Source of the DNA: Gammaproteobacteria bacterium
GTDB lineage: Bacteria; Pseudomonadota; Gammaproteobacteria; Ga0077536
Direction of reading: 5' to 3'
Assembly: GCA_965216305.1 (NCBI GenBank)
Contig: OZ244144.1
Span: forward strand, 5,324,941 to 5,388,940
Length of the DNA: 64,000 nt
Part shown: piece by piece, positions 1-10,266 of the stretch
Layout: each line of letters opens with the position of its first letter
How positions within the stretch are numbered: the first letter of the stretch is position 1
The notes under the pieces: generated by a model
What the model was told of the DNA's origin: nothing
Database searches by the model: none
The model's input: only the letters and a program-made list of their open reading frames with translations
Translations under genes and position numbers: made by a program

Positions 1-172
1 TTGCAAACCGTTTATCGGCTGGGCCGGGGCTTTTCTTATCGATCCGTAGTTTAGCGCATTCCGTTGAAGCCAAGTCCTGCGATGATAAAAATTTGCAAGC
101 CGGTCCGGGAAATGTGAACGGCGTATTGATTGGGCCTGCGGGGGGATGGCGGGCGCCGCGGGCAGGCTGGGC

Positions 173-898
173 TCAAAGCGTGAAATCGTCACCAAGATAA
201 ACTTCACGCACATGTTCGTCGACCAGAATCTGCTCGGACGAACCCTCCGCAATGATACGACCCTCGTTGACAATGTATGCCCGGTCGCAAATTCCAAGCG
301 TCTCGCGCACGTTATGGTCGGTGATCAGCACGCCGATGCCGAGTTGGCTCAAATGCTGGATGATACGCTGAATATCGCCAACCGATATCGGGTCGACCCC
401 CGCGAAAGGCTCATCGAGCAAGACGAACTGCGGTTGGCTCGCGAGCGCGCGCGCGATCTCCACCCGTCGCCGTTCACCGCCCGACAACGCCATGCCGAGG
501 CTGTCGCGAATATGCTTGATGTGAAATTCCTGCAGCAAGGCCTCGAGCCGTCGCGCGCGCTGATCGGCGGTGATTTTCGGGACGATTTCGAGTACTGCGG
601 CAATATTCTGCGCAACCGTGAGTTTGCGAAACACCGACGCTTCCTGCGGCAGGTAACCGAGCCCTCTGCGTGCTCTGAGATCCATCGGCAGGTGGGTCAG
701 GTCATCGTTGTTCAGCTGGATTGAACCGCCTTCGCTCGCGACAAGACCGACGATCATGTAGAAGCTCGTCGTCTTCCCCGCGCCGTTGGGCCCGAGGAGA
801 CCAATCACCTCGCCGCTTTCGACGGTGAGGCTGACATCCTGCACGACCTTGCGCGACTTGTAGGTTTTCGACAGGTGGCGAACCGCGAGAACGCTCAC
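173..898 (-). CDS. lptB: LPS export ABC transporter ATP-binding protein LptB
   Basis: Walker [13 protein letters not shown] signature [15 protein letters not shown], Walker [15 protein letters not shown] start. Downstream of lptA in the conserved lptCAB order. Confidence 0.93.
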   Translation of the reverse strand: MSVLAVRHLSKTYKSRKVVQDVSLTVESGEVIGLLGPNGAGKTTSFYMIVGLVASEGGSIQLNNDDLTHLPMDLRARRGLGYLPQEASVFRKLTVAQNIAAVLEIVPKITADQRARRLEALLQEFHIKHIRDSLGMALSGGERRRVEIARALASQPQFVLLDEPFAGVDPISVGDIQRIIQHLSQLGIGVLITDHNVRETLGICDRAYIVNEGRIIAEGSSEQILVDEHVREVYLGDDFTL

Positions 899-994
899 GT
901 CACGCGTCCATGCCAGTGCGGTGCCGCAGCGCGCCGCCGGCGCGAGCCGTTGGCACGAGCGCTGATCGCACGCGCAGCGAAAGTGAAAACATCA

Positions 995-1537
995 TTATTG
1001 GCCTGCGTCTTTCGGTTTTTTCGGCGGAATGATCACCCGCACGCGGCCAGATGGCTTCGCTTTACCCGGAGCCTGCTGTTTTGCTTTCGGCACGGCACGC
1101 GCCGTGATCACGCTTTTTGCCGTGTCGTAATTGATGCGATCGCCTTCGAATACGCGCTGGCCCTGGGTGAGACGGGCTTTGCTGATCAGATGCAAAAGGC
1201 TTTTCAGCTGGTGGTATTCGATGAGTAATGCCTCACCCTCGACGTCGTCGCCGTTATCGGGGGTTTGCTTGAAGTAGGCCGGGCGACCTTCGAGGTAGAC
1301 GTCCTCGAGATCGCGATCCTCAGAGAAATTCACCTTGAGCTTGTCGCCGGTCATCCGGATCGATCCCTGCGTCACAACGACATTGCCGACGTAGATCGTC
1401 TTGCCCTCCTGATCGTCAAGTTCGGCGAAATCCGCCTCGATCTCGATCGGCTGTTGCGAATCGGTCGCAAGCGCCGCGGCATCGAATGCGGCAACGGTGG
1501 CAAACAGGAGAATGCTAGCTTTGAGGAGTGACTTCAT
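995..1537 (-). CDS. lptA: LPS transport periplasmic protein LptA
   Basis: Signal peptide MKSLLKASILLFATVAAFDAAALA and an OstA-like fold sequence. Sits between lptC and lptB. ATG start verified. Confidence 0.9.
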   Translation of the reverse strand: MKSLLKASILLFATVAAFDAAALATDSQQPIEIEADFAELDDQEGKTIYVGNVVVTQGSIRMTGDKLKVNFSEDRDLEDVYLEGRPAYFKQTPDNGDDVEGEALLIEYHQLKSLLHLISKARLTQGQRVFEGDRINYDTAKSVITARAVPKAKQQAPGKAKPSGRVRVIIPPKKPKDAGQ

Positions 1538-2087
1538 GGCGGCTTTTCACCTGTTTCAGTAATTCGAGCCGGTCGTGGGCGAAGTTGGCCCGCATGCCGA
1601 TCGTTTTCGTAATCGTCGTCTCGCTCGTTATCGTTGCCGGGTCGTCTGTTTCCGCATACTGCTCCTGCGGCAACACCCGGAGTTCGGAAGTCAGAACTTC
1701 AAGTTCGCGTTTGCCGTGCTCGTCCAGGCGCCAGATCTCCACCTCACCGTGCAGCAGTACAACTTCGTTGCCGGAGCTTACCCATCCGGTTTCCGCGATG
1801 ACGTACCACGGATCCGGGCCGCCATTGTAGATTTCCATGCGCGGGTTCTCCAATTCGGTGGAATCATCGTCCGGGTAGTGCGTAACGAGATCCGCGTACA
1901 ACACGTTTTGCAGGGCGCCGGTTTCGTCCAGCGTATTCCTCACCATATCCTCGATGTAGTAGTCCGGTTCGTGCGGCGCCGACAACTGCGTCACGCCGCT
2001 CTCTTCGTCAAGGTACTGCCACAGCCAGAATGTCAGCGCGCCGAGGGCGACGAACAACGCCGCTGACAACACAGCCGGGCTAGGCAT
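1515..2087 (-). CDS. lptC: LPS export inner-membrane anchor LptC
   Basis: Single N-terminal TM helix, size around 190 aa. Position kdsC-lptC-lptA; overlaps lptA by 23 nt. Confidence 0.85.
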   Translation of the reverse strand: MPSPAVLSAALFVALGALTFWLWQYLDEESGVTQLSAPHEPDYYIEDMVRNTLDETGALQNVLYADLVTHYPDDDSTELENPRMEIYNGGPDPWYVIAETGWVSSGNEVVLLHGEVEIWRLDEHGKRELEVLTSELRVLPQEQYAETDDPATITSETTITKTIGMRANFAHDRLELLKQVKSRHEVTPQS

Positions 2088-2640
2088 TCGCCCGTTCGGT
2101 GACGGGTGCCGGGGCGAACCGGGCGAGACCGTCCTCCAGTGTGCCCTTGGCCCGCATAATCAGCTCGCAAACCTCGCGCGCTGCGCCGGCGCCGCCGTCG
2201 AGTTCGGTCACATAGGCGGCGTATTCCCGTACCTTCCAGTTTGCGTTCGCAACCGCAACGGGGAGTCCGGATCGGGCCATGACGGGAATATCCGGTAAGT
2301 CGTCGCCGACGTAACACACCGCCTCGCCGCTGATGCCAAGATCCGCGCAGACCGCATCGAACGCCGCCGCTTTCGAACTTTGACCCTGGAATACGCGATC
2401 AATTCCCAACTCGTCCATGCGTCGGGTAACGGCGGCGGATTCCCGCCCGGTAATAACCGCAATTTCCACCCCGCTCTCGCGCAACATGACCATGCCGAGA
2501 CCATCACGGACGTGGAATTGTTTCGTCTCGGCGCCATCGGCATCGATCACGATGCGCCCGTCCGTGAGCACCCCGTCAACATCGAAGATCACGAGCGCAA
2601 TCCGCGCTGCGCGGACCATGACGTGGTCGTCCGTCAACAT
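2080..2640 (-). CDS. kdsC: 3-deoxy-D-manno-octulosonate 8-phosphate phosphatase KdsC
   Basis: HAD motif VIFDVDGVLTDG, 186 aa. Immediately downstream of kdsD. Confidence 0.92.
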   Translation of the reverse strand: MLTDDHVMVRAARIALVIFDVDGVLTDGRIVIDADGAETKQFHVRDGLGMVMLRESGVEIAVITGRESAAVTRRMDELGIDRVFQGQSSKAAAFDAVCADLGISGEAVCYVGDDLPDIPVMARSGLPVAVANANWKVREYAAYVTELDGGAGAAREVCELIMRAKGTLEDGLARFAPAPVTERANA

Positions 2641-2642
2641 GT

Positions 2643-3644
2643 TCAGAGCGCGCCGGAACGGAGCAGGTCGTGCATATTCAGCACGCCGGTGAGACGTTGT
2701 TCGTGGTCCACCACGAGGAGGGCATTGATCTTTCGGTCCTGCATGATGCGCAGCGCGTCGGCGGCCAGAATATCGGCGTCGGCCGTCGTGCAGTCCCGGG
2801 TCATTACGCTTTCGATCGACGTCGAGTTGATGTCCACGCGTTGATCGATCACGCGCCGCAGGTCGCCGTCGGTAAAAATGCCCCGGACCTGACCGGCGGT
2901 ATCGACCACGGCGGTCATGCCGAGCCCCTTGCGTGTCATTTCGACGAGTGCGTCGCTGATCGCGGCGCTCGGCGTTACGGTCGGCATTTCGTCACCGGTG
3001 TGGATGAGTCCGCCAATCTTCAGCAACAGGCGGCGACCGAGCGCGCCGCCGGGGTGCGAGCGCGCGAAATCTTCTTCCGTGAATCCGCGCGCTTCGAGCA
3101 TCGCGATCGCCAGAGCATCGCCCATTGCGAGCGCGGCGGTCGTGCTCGACGTCGGCGCGAGCCCGAGCGGACAGGCTTCTTCGGCCACGCCGACGTCGAT
3201 GTGTACCGTCGCCTGTTTCGCGAGACTCGATTGGGCATTGCCGGTCATCGCGATCAGGGGTACGCCGAGCCGGCGAATGAGCGGGATCAGGATCACGAGT
3301 TCCTTCGTCTCGCCGGAATTCGACAGCGCCACCACGACATCATCCGGCGTGATCATGCCCATGTCGCCGTGACTTGCTTCGCCGGGATGAACGAAAAATG
3401 CCGGCGAGCCGGTACTTGCCAGCGTCGCAGCAATCTTGCCACCGACATGGCCGGATTTGCCCATACCGAGCACAACGATGCGCCCTTTGCAGCCGAGCAT
3501 CAGGGTGACGGCGCGGCCGAACGCGGCGTCGATACGTTCGCCGAGCCGGGCGACGGCGCGGGCTTCGATATCGATTACTGCTCGCGCAACACCGAGCAAA
3601 CGCTCGATGTCGCCGTCGCTGAAGGAAGGTTCTGGTGAACTCAT
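2643..3644 (-). CDS. kdsD: Arabinose-5-phosphate isomerase KdsD (SIS domain plus tandem CBS)
   Basis: SIS motif GMGKSGHVG and a C-terminal CBS pair. Conserved position upstream of kdsC. Confidence 0.92.
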   Translation of the reverse strand: MSSPEPSFSDGDIERLLGVARAVIDIEARAVARLGERIDAAFGRAVTLMLGCKGRIVVLGMGKSGHVGGKIAATLASTGSPAFFVHPGEASHGDMGMITPDDVVVALSNSGETKELVILIPLIRRLGVPLIAMTGNAQSSLAKQATVHIDVGVAEEACPLGLAPTSSTTAALAMGDALAIAMLEARGFTEEDFARSHPGGALGRRLLLKIGGLIHTGDEMPTVTPSAAISDALVEMTRKGLGMTAVVDTAGQVRGIFTDGDLRRVIDQRVDINSTSIESVMTRDCTTADADILAADALRIMQDRKINALLVVDHEQRLTGVLNMHDLLRSGAL

Positions 3645-3697
3645 GTTTCTTTTAATCGTTGATCAGCGTAGGCGAGAACACGCAGGGACGCTCCGGT

Positions 3698-4660
3698 TCA
3701 GCTCGAAACAAACAGCATGGCCTGGTAGGCGGCGAATCCGAACAACAGAATTACCCCTTCCACCCGTGTGATCCGGCGTGAACCACCCCAGCGCGCCGCC
3801 ATCAGAAACAGGAGCACGCTCAGGAAAGCCATGATCGGAAAGTCGCGTGACATGACCGCGGGTTCGAGCGCGCCAGGACTCAGCAATGCCGGTACCCCCA
3901 TGACGCCGAGGATATTGAACATATTGGAACCGATCACGTTTCCGAGCGCAATGTCGGACTCACCTTTCCACGCGCTGGCGACCGAGGCCGCGAGTTCGGG
4001 CAGACTCGTGCCGACGGCGACGATCGTCAGCCCGATAACGAGATCGCTCACGCCGTAATGCGTGGCAATGGTAACCGCACCGTCGACGAGCATGTTCGAA
4101 CCAAACAGCAACAGCGCAAGTCCGATGGCGAACCACAAGATCGCGCGCCCGGTCGACATAGCGGTTTCGAGACGGTGAACCATTTCCTCGCCAAGTGCAT
4201 CGCTGGGCCCGCCCGTCAGGCTCAGCCACGACAGGGTTCCGAACAGGGCGAGGAGGCCGCCGAACAGGATGATACCGTCAAGCCTGTCGAGCGCTCCGTC
4301 GGCACACAACGCGTATGACAGCACGATACAGACGAACATGATGGGGAACTCGCGTCTCAGAACTTCCGAACGCACGTCCAGCGGCAGGATTAACGCGGTA
4401 ACCCCGATGACGAGCCCGACGTTGGCAATATTCGAGCCGAGCGCGTTGCCGACCGCAATCGACGGGTTGCCGTTGAGCGACGCGACCGCGGCAACGAGCA
4501 TTTCCGGGGCCGAGGTGGCGAAGCCAACGATGGTCAAACCGACGAGCAACGGTGGAATGCCGAGGTTGTTCGCGGCCGCCGCCGCGCCTTCGACGAATCG
4601 ATCGGCGCCGAAAGTGAGTAAGCCGAGGCCTATTAATACAGCCAGGTAGGCTTCTGTCAT
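3698..4660 (-). CDS. yrbG: Ca2+/Na+ antiporter (YrbG family, CaCA)
   Basis: Two alpha-repeat motifs GNALGSNIANVGL and GNVIGSNMFNILG. Polytopic membrane protein, conserved upstream of kdsD. Confidence 0.88.
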   Translation of the reverse strand: MTEAYLAVLIGLGLLTFGADRFVEGAAAAANNLGIPPLLVGLTIVGFATSAPEMLVAAVASLNGNPSIAVGNALGSNIANVGLVIGVTALILPLDVRSEVLRREFPIMFVCIVLSYALCADGALDRLDGIILFGGLLALFGTLSWLSLTGGPSDALGEEMVHRLETAMSTGRAILWFAIGLALLLFGSNMLVDGAVTIATHYGVSDLVIGLTIVAVGTSLPELAASVASAWKGESDIALGNVIGSNMFNILGVMGVPALLSPGALEPAVMSRDFPIMAFLSVLLFLMAARWGGSRRITRVEGVILLFGFAAYQAMLFVSS

Positions 4661-4947
4661 GGTTTGGAAGCAGTCTCAAATTATGTTCAATGTGTTCATA
4701 ACACGGCGTACCGCCGCGGCTCGTCGCCGACATGCGGCGAGGTTAGCAGCCGCGGGGACAGCGGAAATCGCGCGCCACGGAGGATCCGTAACCACGGTTC
4801 TCGCCGGTTGGCGCGCCACTGTGAGGTGTCTGAGCGCGCCGTTGCTATTTCGGATGGCAATATGCCAGATTCGGACCCGCGCTGTCACAGATTGGCGCGA
4901 TTTCGCGCAGGCCGGATAAACTCGATGCGACACGGGCGACGATAATC

Positions 4948-5622
4948 ATGATGCGGGCAATGATCCTCGCCGCGGGGCGCGGCGAACGCATGGGCGACCT
5001 TACGGCCGGGCAACCGAAGCCACTGCTCGAAGTTGCCGGCCGGGCCTTGATCGAACATACGATTGCGCGGCTGCGTCAGGGCGGCGTGCGCGAACTCGTG
5101 ATCAATCTGGCGTACCGGGGTGATCAGATCCGGGATCGACTCGGTGATGGCGCCCGCTATGGCGTTACGATTGCCTATTCACAAGAACCCGCGGGAGCGC
5201 TCGATACCGGAGGCGGCATTGCCGCGGCGCTCGATCTGCTCGGGCCGGCGCCATTCATCGTCGTTAACAGCGATGTCATGACCGATCTCGATTTCGCCCG
5301 GCTCGAACCCCCTGTCGGGCTCGCCCACCTGATCATGGTGCCGAATCCGGCGCATCATCCGCGCGGCGATTTTTTTCTGCGTGAGGGCTGGCTCAACGAG
5401 ACGGGCGGCGTTGCGGCGACTTATTCCGGGATTGGGGTCTACGCGCCACGGCTGTTCGCCGATCACCCCGGCGGACGCTTTCCCCTCGCGCCACTGCTGC
5501 GCAAGGCGATCGCGGCGGGCAGGGTGTCTGCCTGCCTGTTCGATGGCCTGTGGCTCGATGTTGGCACCCCGGCGCGCCTTGCGCTCGCGCAAACAATTGT
5601 TGCATCGCAGCATAAACCCTGA
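4948..5622 (+). CDS. murU: N-acetylmuramate alpha-1-phosphate uridylyltransferase-like nucleotidyltransferase (MurU family)
   Basis: N-terminal MMRAMILAAGRGERMG, an LAAGxGxRM nucleotidyltransferase motif; 224 aa, the size of MurU. Confidence 0.7.
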   Translation: MMRAMILAAGRGERMGDLTAGQPKPLLEVAGRALIEHTIARLRQGGVRELVINLAYRGDQIRDRLGDGARYGVTIAYSQEPAGALDTGGGIAAALDLLGPAPFIVVNSDVMTDLDFARLEPPVGLAHLIMVPNPAHHPRGDFFLREGWLNETGGVAATYSGIGVYAPRLFADHPGGRFPLAPLLRKAIAAGRVSACLFDGLWLDVGTPARLALAQTIVASQHKP

Positions 5623-5830
5623 TTTATCGTGTATACTGCGCCCTCGAAACCCTGACCACCTGGCCGTGACGGAACAATCCGCGCGCCGGCGCGGTCAATA
5701 AGGGATCGCCAACTGCCGCGCTTAGCTCATCCAATGCAGGTGAGCCCACACGCCCGCTATCAGTGGACCGGCAGTTTCCCGCGCGAGCGGGTATTTGTCA
5801 CAAATAAACGCTGACGCTGGTAAGAATTTA

Positions 5831-7921
5831 ATGCTGATAAACCGCCTTTTCGCGCGCGGTGTGCGGTTACCGTGCGCAATCGTTTTGTACGCGGCGCTGG
5901 CCCTGCCGTCTGTCTCGGCCGCCGGGACGACAAACTTTAGCGCGCCACAAGCTCCTGTCTCCGCCGCGCGGAAATCGCTGCGCGTCGTCAAGTTCAACGA
6001 TTACGCCCAATCCGACTCATCGGCCACTGCCGTCGAAGTCACGATGCTGAGCGATTTCGCCCGCGGCGCCGGCATCGAAGTCGAATGGGTCAACGTTTTC
6101 CGCTCGGCCGAAGCGCTCGAACTGATTCTCAGTGGCGAGGCTGATTTAAGCATCAGTGATGTCCCTATCGACCAGCGCGACGACCCGCGCTTGCGTGCGT
6201 CCGAACCGATCGGCCTGAAGCGCTTTCGCCTCATCGGCCGCCAGGGCGACACCGCGGACAGCCCGCTCGGCCTTGCGGGCAAAAGTGTGGCAGTGAAATT
6301 GTCGTCGCCGATGTGGTCCTATCTCGATCGCCTGCGTGGCGCCATCGAAGATCTGCGGCTGCAGGTGTTACCCGACGATTTGACCCGTGAAGAAACACTG
6401 CAAATGGTCTCCGATGGCATTTACGATGCCGCACTCGTCGCGACAGAAGCCGGCGATACCGCGATCGAGGATTTTCCACGCACGAAATATCTCTTCGACC
6501 TGACCGGCCCGCAGCCGATCACCTGGTTCGCGCGCACCGAGAACACGGCCCTCGTGACCGAACTCAATGAGTTCATCGCGCGCTTTCACACCGTCTACAA
6601 CGATCCGGATGCCAGGCTGCGCTCGTTTGACGAAGCGAAGCGGCAAGGCCGTTTACGCATCATCACGCGCCTCGACGGGCAGAACTACTTTTTGAAACGC
6701 GGCCGCCCGGCGGGTCTCGAATTGGGCCTGGCGCGTCGATTCGCGAAACGCCACGGTCTGCGACTCGAAGTTCTCGTGGCGCGCGATGATGAGCAAATCG
6801 TCGAATGGCTGCGCAACGGCGTTGGCGACATCGTCACCGCCCGACTGGACGCGAACGCGGTGTATGGTGATCCGGGATACACAATGTCGCGCGATTACCG
6901 CTTTGAGCCCGCGGTGCTCGTGTCCCGCGCCGACCGTCCGCTAAGCAACGCGGACGCGCTGACCGATACCACGCTCGTTGCCTACGAAGCGTCGGCGAAC
7001 CTCGAAGCCGCACGCCGCTTCGCCAGCGACGCCGCGCGAATAGTTCCCATCGGCCAGCGCGTCACGCTGCAACGGGTGCTTGAGCATATAGAAAGCGGCA
7101 CGGTGGACGGTGCCGTCATCGACGCCCGCCACCTCGACACCGTCCTCGCTACCCACCCGGATCTTGCGGCCGGCATGTCGATCCCGAATCCGTTCCGATA
7201 CCGTTGGACCTTGCGTGGCAATGATCCCAAGCTCGCCGTGGCCGTCGATACGTTCATGCAATCGGTCTATCGTCAGGAAACTTACAACGTCCTCGAACGG
7301 CGTTACGGGCAGATGCGAAAAACTGCGACCACCGGGTTCGATGATATTTCGCCGTTCGACGAAATCGTGCGCGACTACGCGGATCGCTATCGCTTCGACT
7401 GGCGTCTGATCGCCGCGCAGATGTATCAGGAAAGCCATTTCAATCCGGACGCAGTATCCGACGCCGGCGCACTTGGATTGATGCAGCTGATGCCGGCGAC
7501 CGCGCGCGCGCTCGGGTTCAACAACCCGCGCGACCCGGAGGCCGGTATCCACGCCGGGGTGAAATACCTGAACCGCTTGCGCAACCGGTTCGAAAAACGC
7601 TTACCGATGAGTTCGCGGACATGGTTCGCGCTCGCGGCCTACAACGCCGGTTACGATCGCGTTCGACGTGCACGTGTGCTGGCGCAGGCGCGCGGCCTTG
7701 ATCCGGATCGCTGGTTCGGTAACGTCGAGGTTGCGATGCGCGAAATGTCGCAACCGGGTGTGCACTTCAGCTGTCGCTGCGGCCAGGCAATTGCCTACGT
7801 GCGCGCGATTCGCTCGTTGTACTACGCCTACCGCAATGTGCATCTGGCGAGTTATGACCCGATATACCCGAACGGGTTCGAGGCCCGTCGCAGCCACAGC
7901 GGATCCGGCAACGCCGGCTGA
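5831..7921 (+). CDS. mltF: Membrane-bound lytic murein transglycosylase F with duplicated N-terminal SBP-like domains
   Basis: C-terminal SLT catalytic motif AQMYQESHFNPDAVSDAGALGLMQLMPATA, preceded by two ABC solute-binding-protein-like domains. The ORF track starts at TTG 5795; the first ATG, ahead of the signal peptide, is 5831. Confidence 0.85.
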   Translation: MLINRLFARGVRLPCAIVLYAALALPSVSAAGTTNFSAPQAPVSAARKSLRVVKFNDYAQSDSSATAVEVTMLSDFARGAGIEVEWVNVFRSAEALELILSGEADLSISDVPIDQRDDPRLRASEPIGLKRFRLIGRQGDTADSPLGLAGKSVAVKLSSPMWSYLDRLRGAIEDLRLQVLPDDLTREETLQMVSDGIYDAALVATEAGDTAIEDFPRTKYLFDLTGPQPITWFARTENTALVTELNEFIARFHTVYNDPDARLRSFDEAKRQGRLRIITRLDGQNYFLKRGRPAGLELGLARRFAKRHGLRLEVLVARDDEQIVEWLRNGVGDIVTARLDANAVYGDPGYTMSRDYRFEPAVLVSRADRPLSNADALTDTTLVAYEASANLEAARRFASDAARIVPIGQRVTLQRVLEHIESGTVDGAVIDARHLDTVLATHPDLAAGMSIPNPFRYRWTLRGNDPKLAVAVDTFMQSVYRQETYNVLERRYGQMRKTATTGFDDISPFDEIVRDYADRYRFDWRLIAAQMYQESHFNPDAVSDAGALGLMQLMPATARALGFNNPRDPEAGIHAGVKYLNRLRNRFEKRLPMSSRTWFALAAYNAGYDRVRRARVLAQARGLDPDRWFGNVEVAMREMSQPGVHFSCRCGQAIAYVRAIRSLYYAYRNVHLASYDPIYPNGFEARRSHSGSGNAG

Positions 7922-7936
7922 CACATCGCTACCGGA

Positions 7937-8602
7937 TCAGCGATAACGCGTCGGGTCCGCCACCCCCGCCGTGGCAAACCCTTCCCGGCGCAACCGACAG
8001 GCATCACAGTCGCCGCACGCGAGTCCCGCCGGGTCGGCCTGGTAACATGACACTGTCGCGGCGTAATCGACCCCGAGTGCAACACCCCGACGGATGATCT
8101 CGGCCTTGCTCAAATCAATGAGCGGCGCATTGAGCGTAATTTCAGCGCCTTCCACAGTCGCTTTCGTCGCCACGCGCGCCAGCGTCTGGAACGCTTCGAT
8201 AAATGCCGGGCGGCAATCCGGATAGCCGGAATAATCGACCGCGTTGACGCCGATATAGATGGCGCCGGCACCAACCACCTCGGCCCAACCGAGCGCGATC
8301 GAAAGCATGACGGTATTGCGCGCCGGCACGTAGGTTATCGGTATTCCCTCACTTGGCGCGGAAGGGACGGTGAGGTTTTCGTCCGTGAGGGCGGAACCGC
8401 CGAACTGGCCGTAATCAACCCTTACGACCCGGTGCTCCACCGCGGCGAGCGTTGTGGCGAGTCGCGCGGCGGCGGCGATTTCGGCGTTGTGCCGCTGGCC
8501 GTAATCAACCGTCAGTGCATAGCACGCATGACCAGCCGCGCGGGCGGCAGCGAGCACGGTAGCGGAATCGAGCCCGCCGGATAACAGCACTACCGCACGC
8601 AT
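7937..8602 (-). CDS. queC: 7-cyano-7-deazaguanine synthase QueC
   Basis: SGGLDS PP-loop and a C-terminal Zn cluster CGDCDAC. ATG at 8602 preferred over TTG at 8605. Confidence 0.93.
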   Translation of the reverse strand: MRAVVLLSGGLDSATVLAAARAAGHACYALTVDYGQRHNAEIAAAARLATTLAAVEHRVVRVDYGQFGGSALTDENLTVPSAPSEGIPITYVPARNTVMLSIALGWAEVVGAGAIYIGVNAVDYSGYPDCRPAFIEAFQTLARVATKATVEGAEITLNAPLIDLSKAEIIRRGVALGVDYAATVSCYQADPAGLACGDCDACRLRREGFATAGVADPTRYR

Positions 8603-8606
8603 CAAA

Positions 8607-9242
8607 TCAGCGACCCGGTTCGTCGCCCCACAGGTATTTGTGGAGCTGAACCTGCAGACGGCAGGGAAGTTGATCGGCGAGCATCCATTCGCCGAGTTCG
8701 CGTGGATGCAGTTCGTCGTGGGTCGGTGACAGCAATACCTTGGCGCGGCGCGCGAGATCGTGCTCGGCGATGGTTGCTTTCGTCCATTCGTAATCCGCGC
8801 GATCGGAAATGACGAACTTCACTTCGTCATGTGGCCGCAGCAAATCCACGTTCGTGTACCGGTTGCGTTCAAGTTCCCCGGACGAGGGGGTTTTGAGATC
8901 CATGACCGTCGTCACCCGCGGGTCAACCCCGTCGATGGACAGGGCGCCGCTCGTTTCGAGCGAGACCGCGAAGCCCGCGTCACACAGGGCACTCAGCAAG
9001 GCTTTGCATTGCGCTTGCGCGAGCGGTTCGCCGCCCGTCACCGTGACACGCTGCACGCCGTGCGCGCTCACCCGCGCGAGGATGTCGTCAAGCGACAACT
9101 GCTCGCCGCCGCTGAACGCGTAGGCGGTGTCGCAGTAACGACAGCGCAACGGGCAACCCGTAAGCCGGACGAACACGGTGGGCAAGCCGACGGTCGAGGA
9201 CTCGCCCTGAATCGACAGGAATATTTCGGTAATCCGCAGCAT
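8607..9242 (-). CDS. queE: 7-carboxy-7-deazaguanine synthase QueE (radical SAM)
   Basis: Cys motif [10 protein letters not shown], 211 aa. Adjacent to queC. Confidence 0.9.
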   Translation of the reverse strand: MLRITEIFLSIQGESSTVGLPTVFVRLTGCPLRCRYCDTAYAFSGGEQLSLDDILARVSAHGVQRVTVTGGEPLAQAQCKALLSALCDAGFAVSLETSGALSIDGVDPRVTTVMDLKTPSSGELERNRYTNVDLLRPHDEVKFVISDRADYEWTKATIAEHDLARRAKVLLSPTHDELHPRELGEWMLADQLPCRLQVQLHKYLWGDEPGR

Positions 9243-9281
9243 CCGGCGGTTCTCGTTTCCGTACGCCGCGTCCCGTACGGG

Positions 9282-10256
9282 CTAGTTCGCCGCGGCAGCG
9301 GCGAGAATCTGAATCCGCTCCTCGGCCAGCCGCGCGGCGGTGGTGCCGGCATACCGGTTACGCAAGTCCTCAAGTACGGCGCGCGCCTGATCGAGCTGGC
9401 CGAGTTCGTGATAGCTGTAACCGATTTTCAGCATCGCATGCGAACGCTTCTTGCTTGCCGGGTAGGTGTCGATGAGTTTGCGATATTCAACCACCGCGGG
9501 TTCGAACTCGCGCTTCACATAATAGGTTTCCCCCAGCCAGTACTGTGCATTATCGGCGTACTGGCTGTTCGGAAACTGCGCGAGGAAATCCGTGAATGCG
9601 ACGATTGATTTCTCGTAGCTGCCAGCTTTCAGCAGATTGAACGCATCGTGATAGGCCGCTTCCGAAGCCTCGTTGTCGACGGTTGGCCCCTGCGGCGCAA
9701 TCGAGGCGCGTGATACCACCGTGGCCTGGTTGTCGACCGCGGTATCCGGGGTGCCGCTCGCCGCTGCCGGCGTTGGCGCAAGCTGTCCCGTAGTGCCAGC
9801 CATTGTTTCCCCATCACCATCACCATCCGCATCGCGCATCTCAAGGTTCGATGGCGGCGCGGTACCCGCAATCGCCTGCGTCTCGCCCGGCATTACGGTT
9901 GTCAACGGCGGGGTGCCGTTGCCATCAGTGATGACCATGCCGCCGGACTGGCCGCCGATATTCTGCAACCGCTGATCGATGTCGACGTAGGTATCACGCT
10001 GGGTTTTGCGCAGCTGATCGATCGCGTAGTTCTGCTCTTCGATCTGTCCGCGCAGGCGTTGCACTTCGCTTTGCAGGCGTTCAACGGTTTGCAGCAGATC
10101 GAGCAGGCCCCGATTATTGAGTGTCCGCTCGAGCTTCGTCAGCCGGCTTTCGACCGTCGCGCTGTTCGTCTGCGCCGCAACGGGTGAGAGCATTACCGTG
10201 CCGAGCAAAATGACCAGCGTCGCGCCCGGTGTACGTCGCGGTATTCGACAACCCAT
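9282..10256 (-). CDS. cpoB: Tol-Pal system protein CpoB/YbgF (coiled-coil plus TPR)
   Basis: Signal peptide, N-terminal coiled coil and C-terminal TPR repeats. Immediately downstream of pal. Confidence 0.88.
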   Translation of the reverse strand: MGCRIPRRTPGATLVILLGTVMLSPVAAQTNSATVESRLTKLERTLNNRGLLDLLQTVERLQSEVQRLRGQIEEQNYAIDQLRKTQRDTYVDIDQRLQNIGGQSGGMVITDGNGTPPLTTVMPGETQAIAGTAPPSNLEMRDADGDGDGETMAGTTGQLAPTPAAASGTPDTAVDNQATVVSRASIAPQGPTVDNEASEAAYHDAFNLLKAGSYEKSIVAFTDFLAQFPNSQYADNAQYWLGETYYVKREFEPAVVEYRKLIDTYPASKKRSHAMLKIGYSYHELGQLDQARAVLEDLRNRYAGTTAARLAEERIQILAAAAAN

Positions 10257-10266
10257 GCCGTCCTCC

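Noticed and set aside
2670-3638. 322-aa + strand ORF antisense to kdsD
   Set aside because: It lies entirely inside a confidently assigned CDS. Its composition is Arg/Gly/Ala-rich, typical of an open antisense frame in 65% GC DNA, and it has no recognisable motifs.
4659-4945. Three 85-93 aa R-rich ORFs in the yrbG-murU intergenic region
   Set aside because: They have mutually overlapping frames, no RBS, and Arg-rich GC-frame composition.
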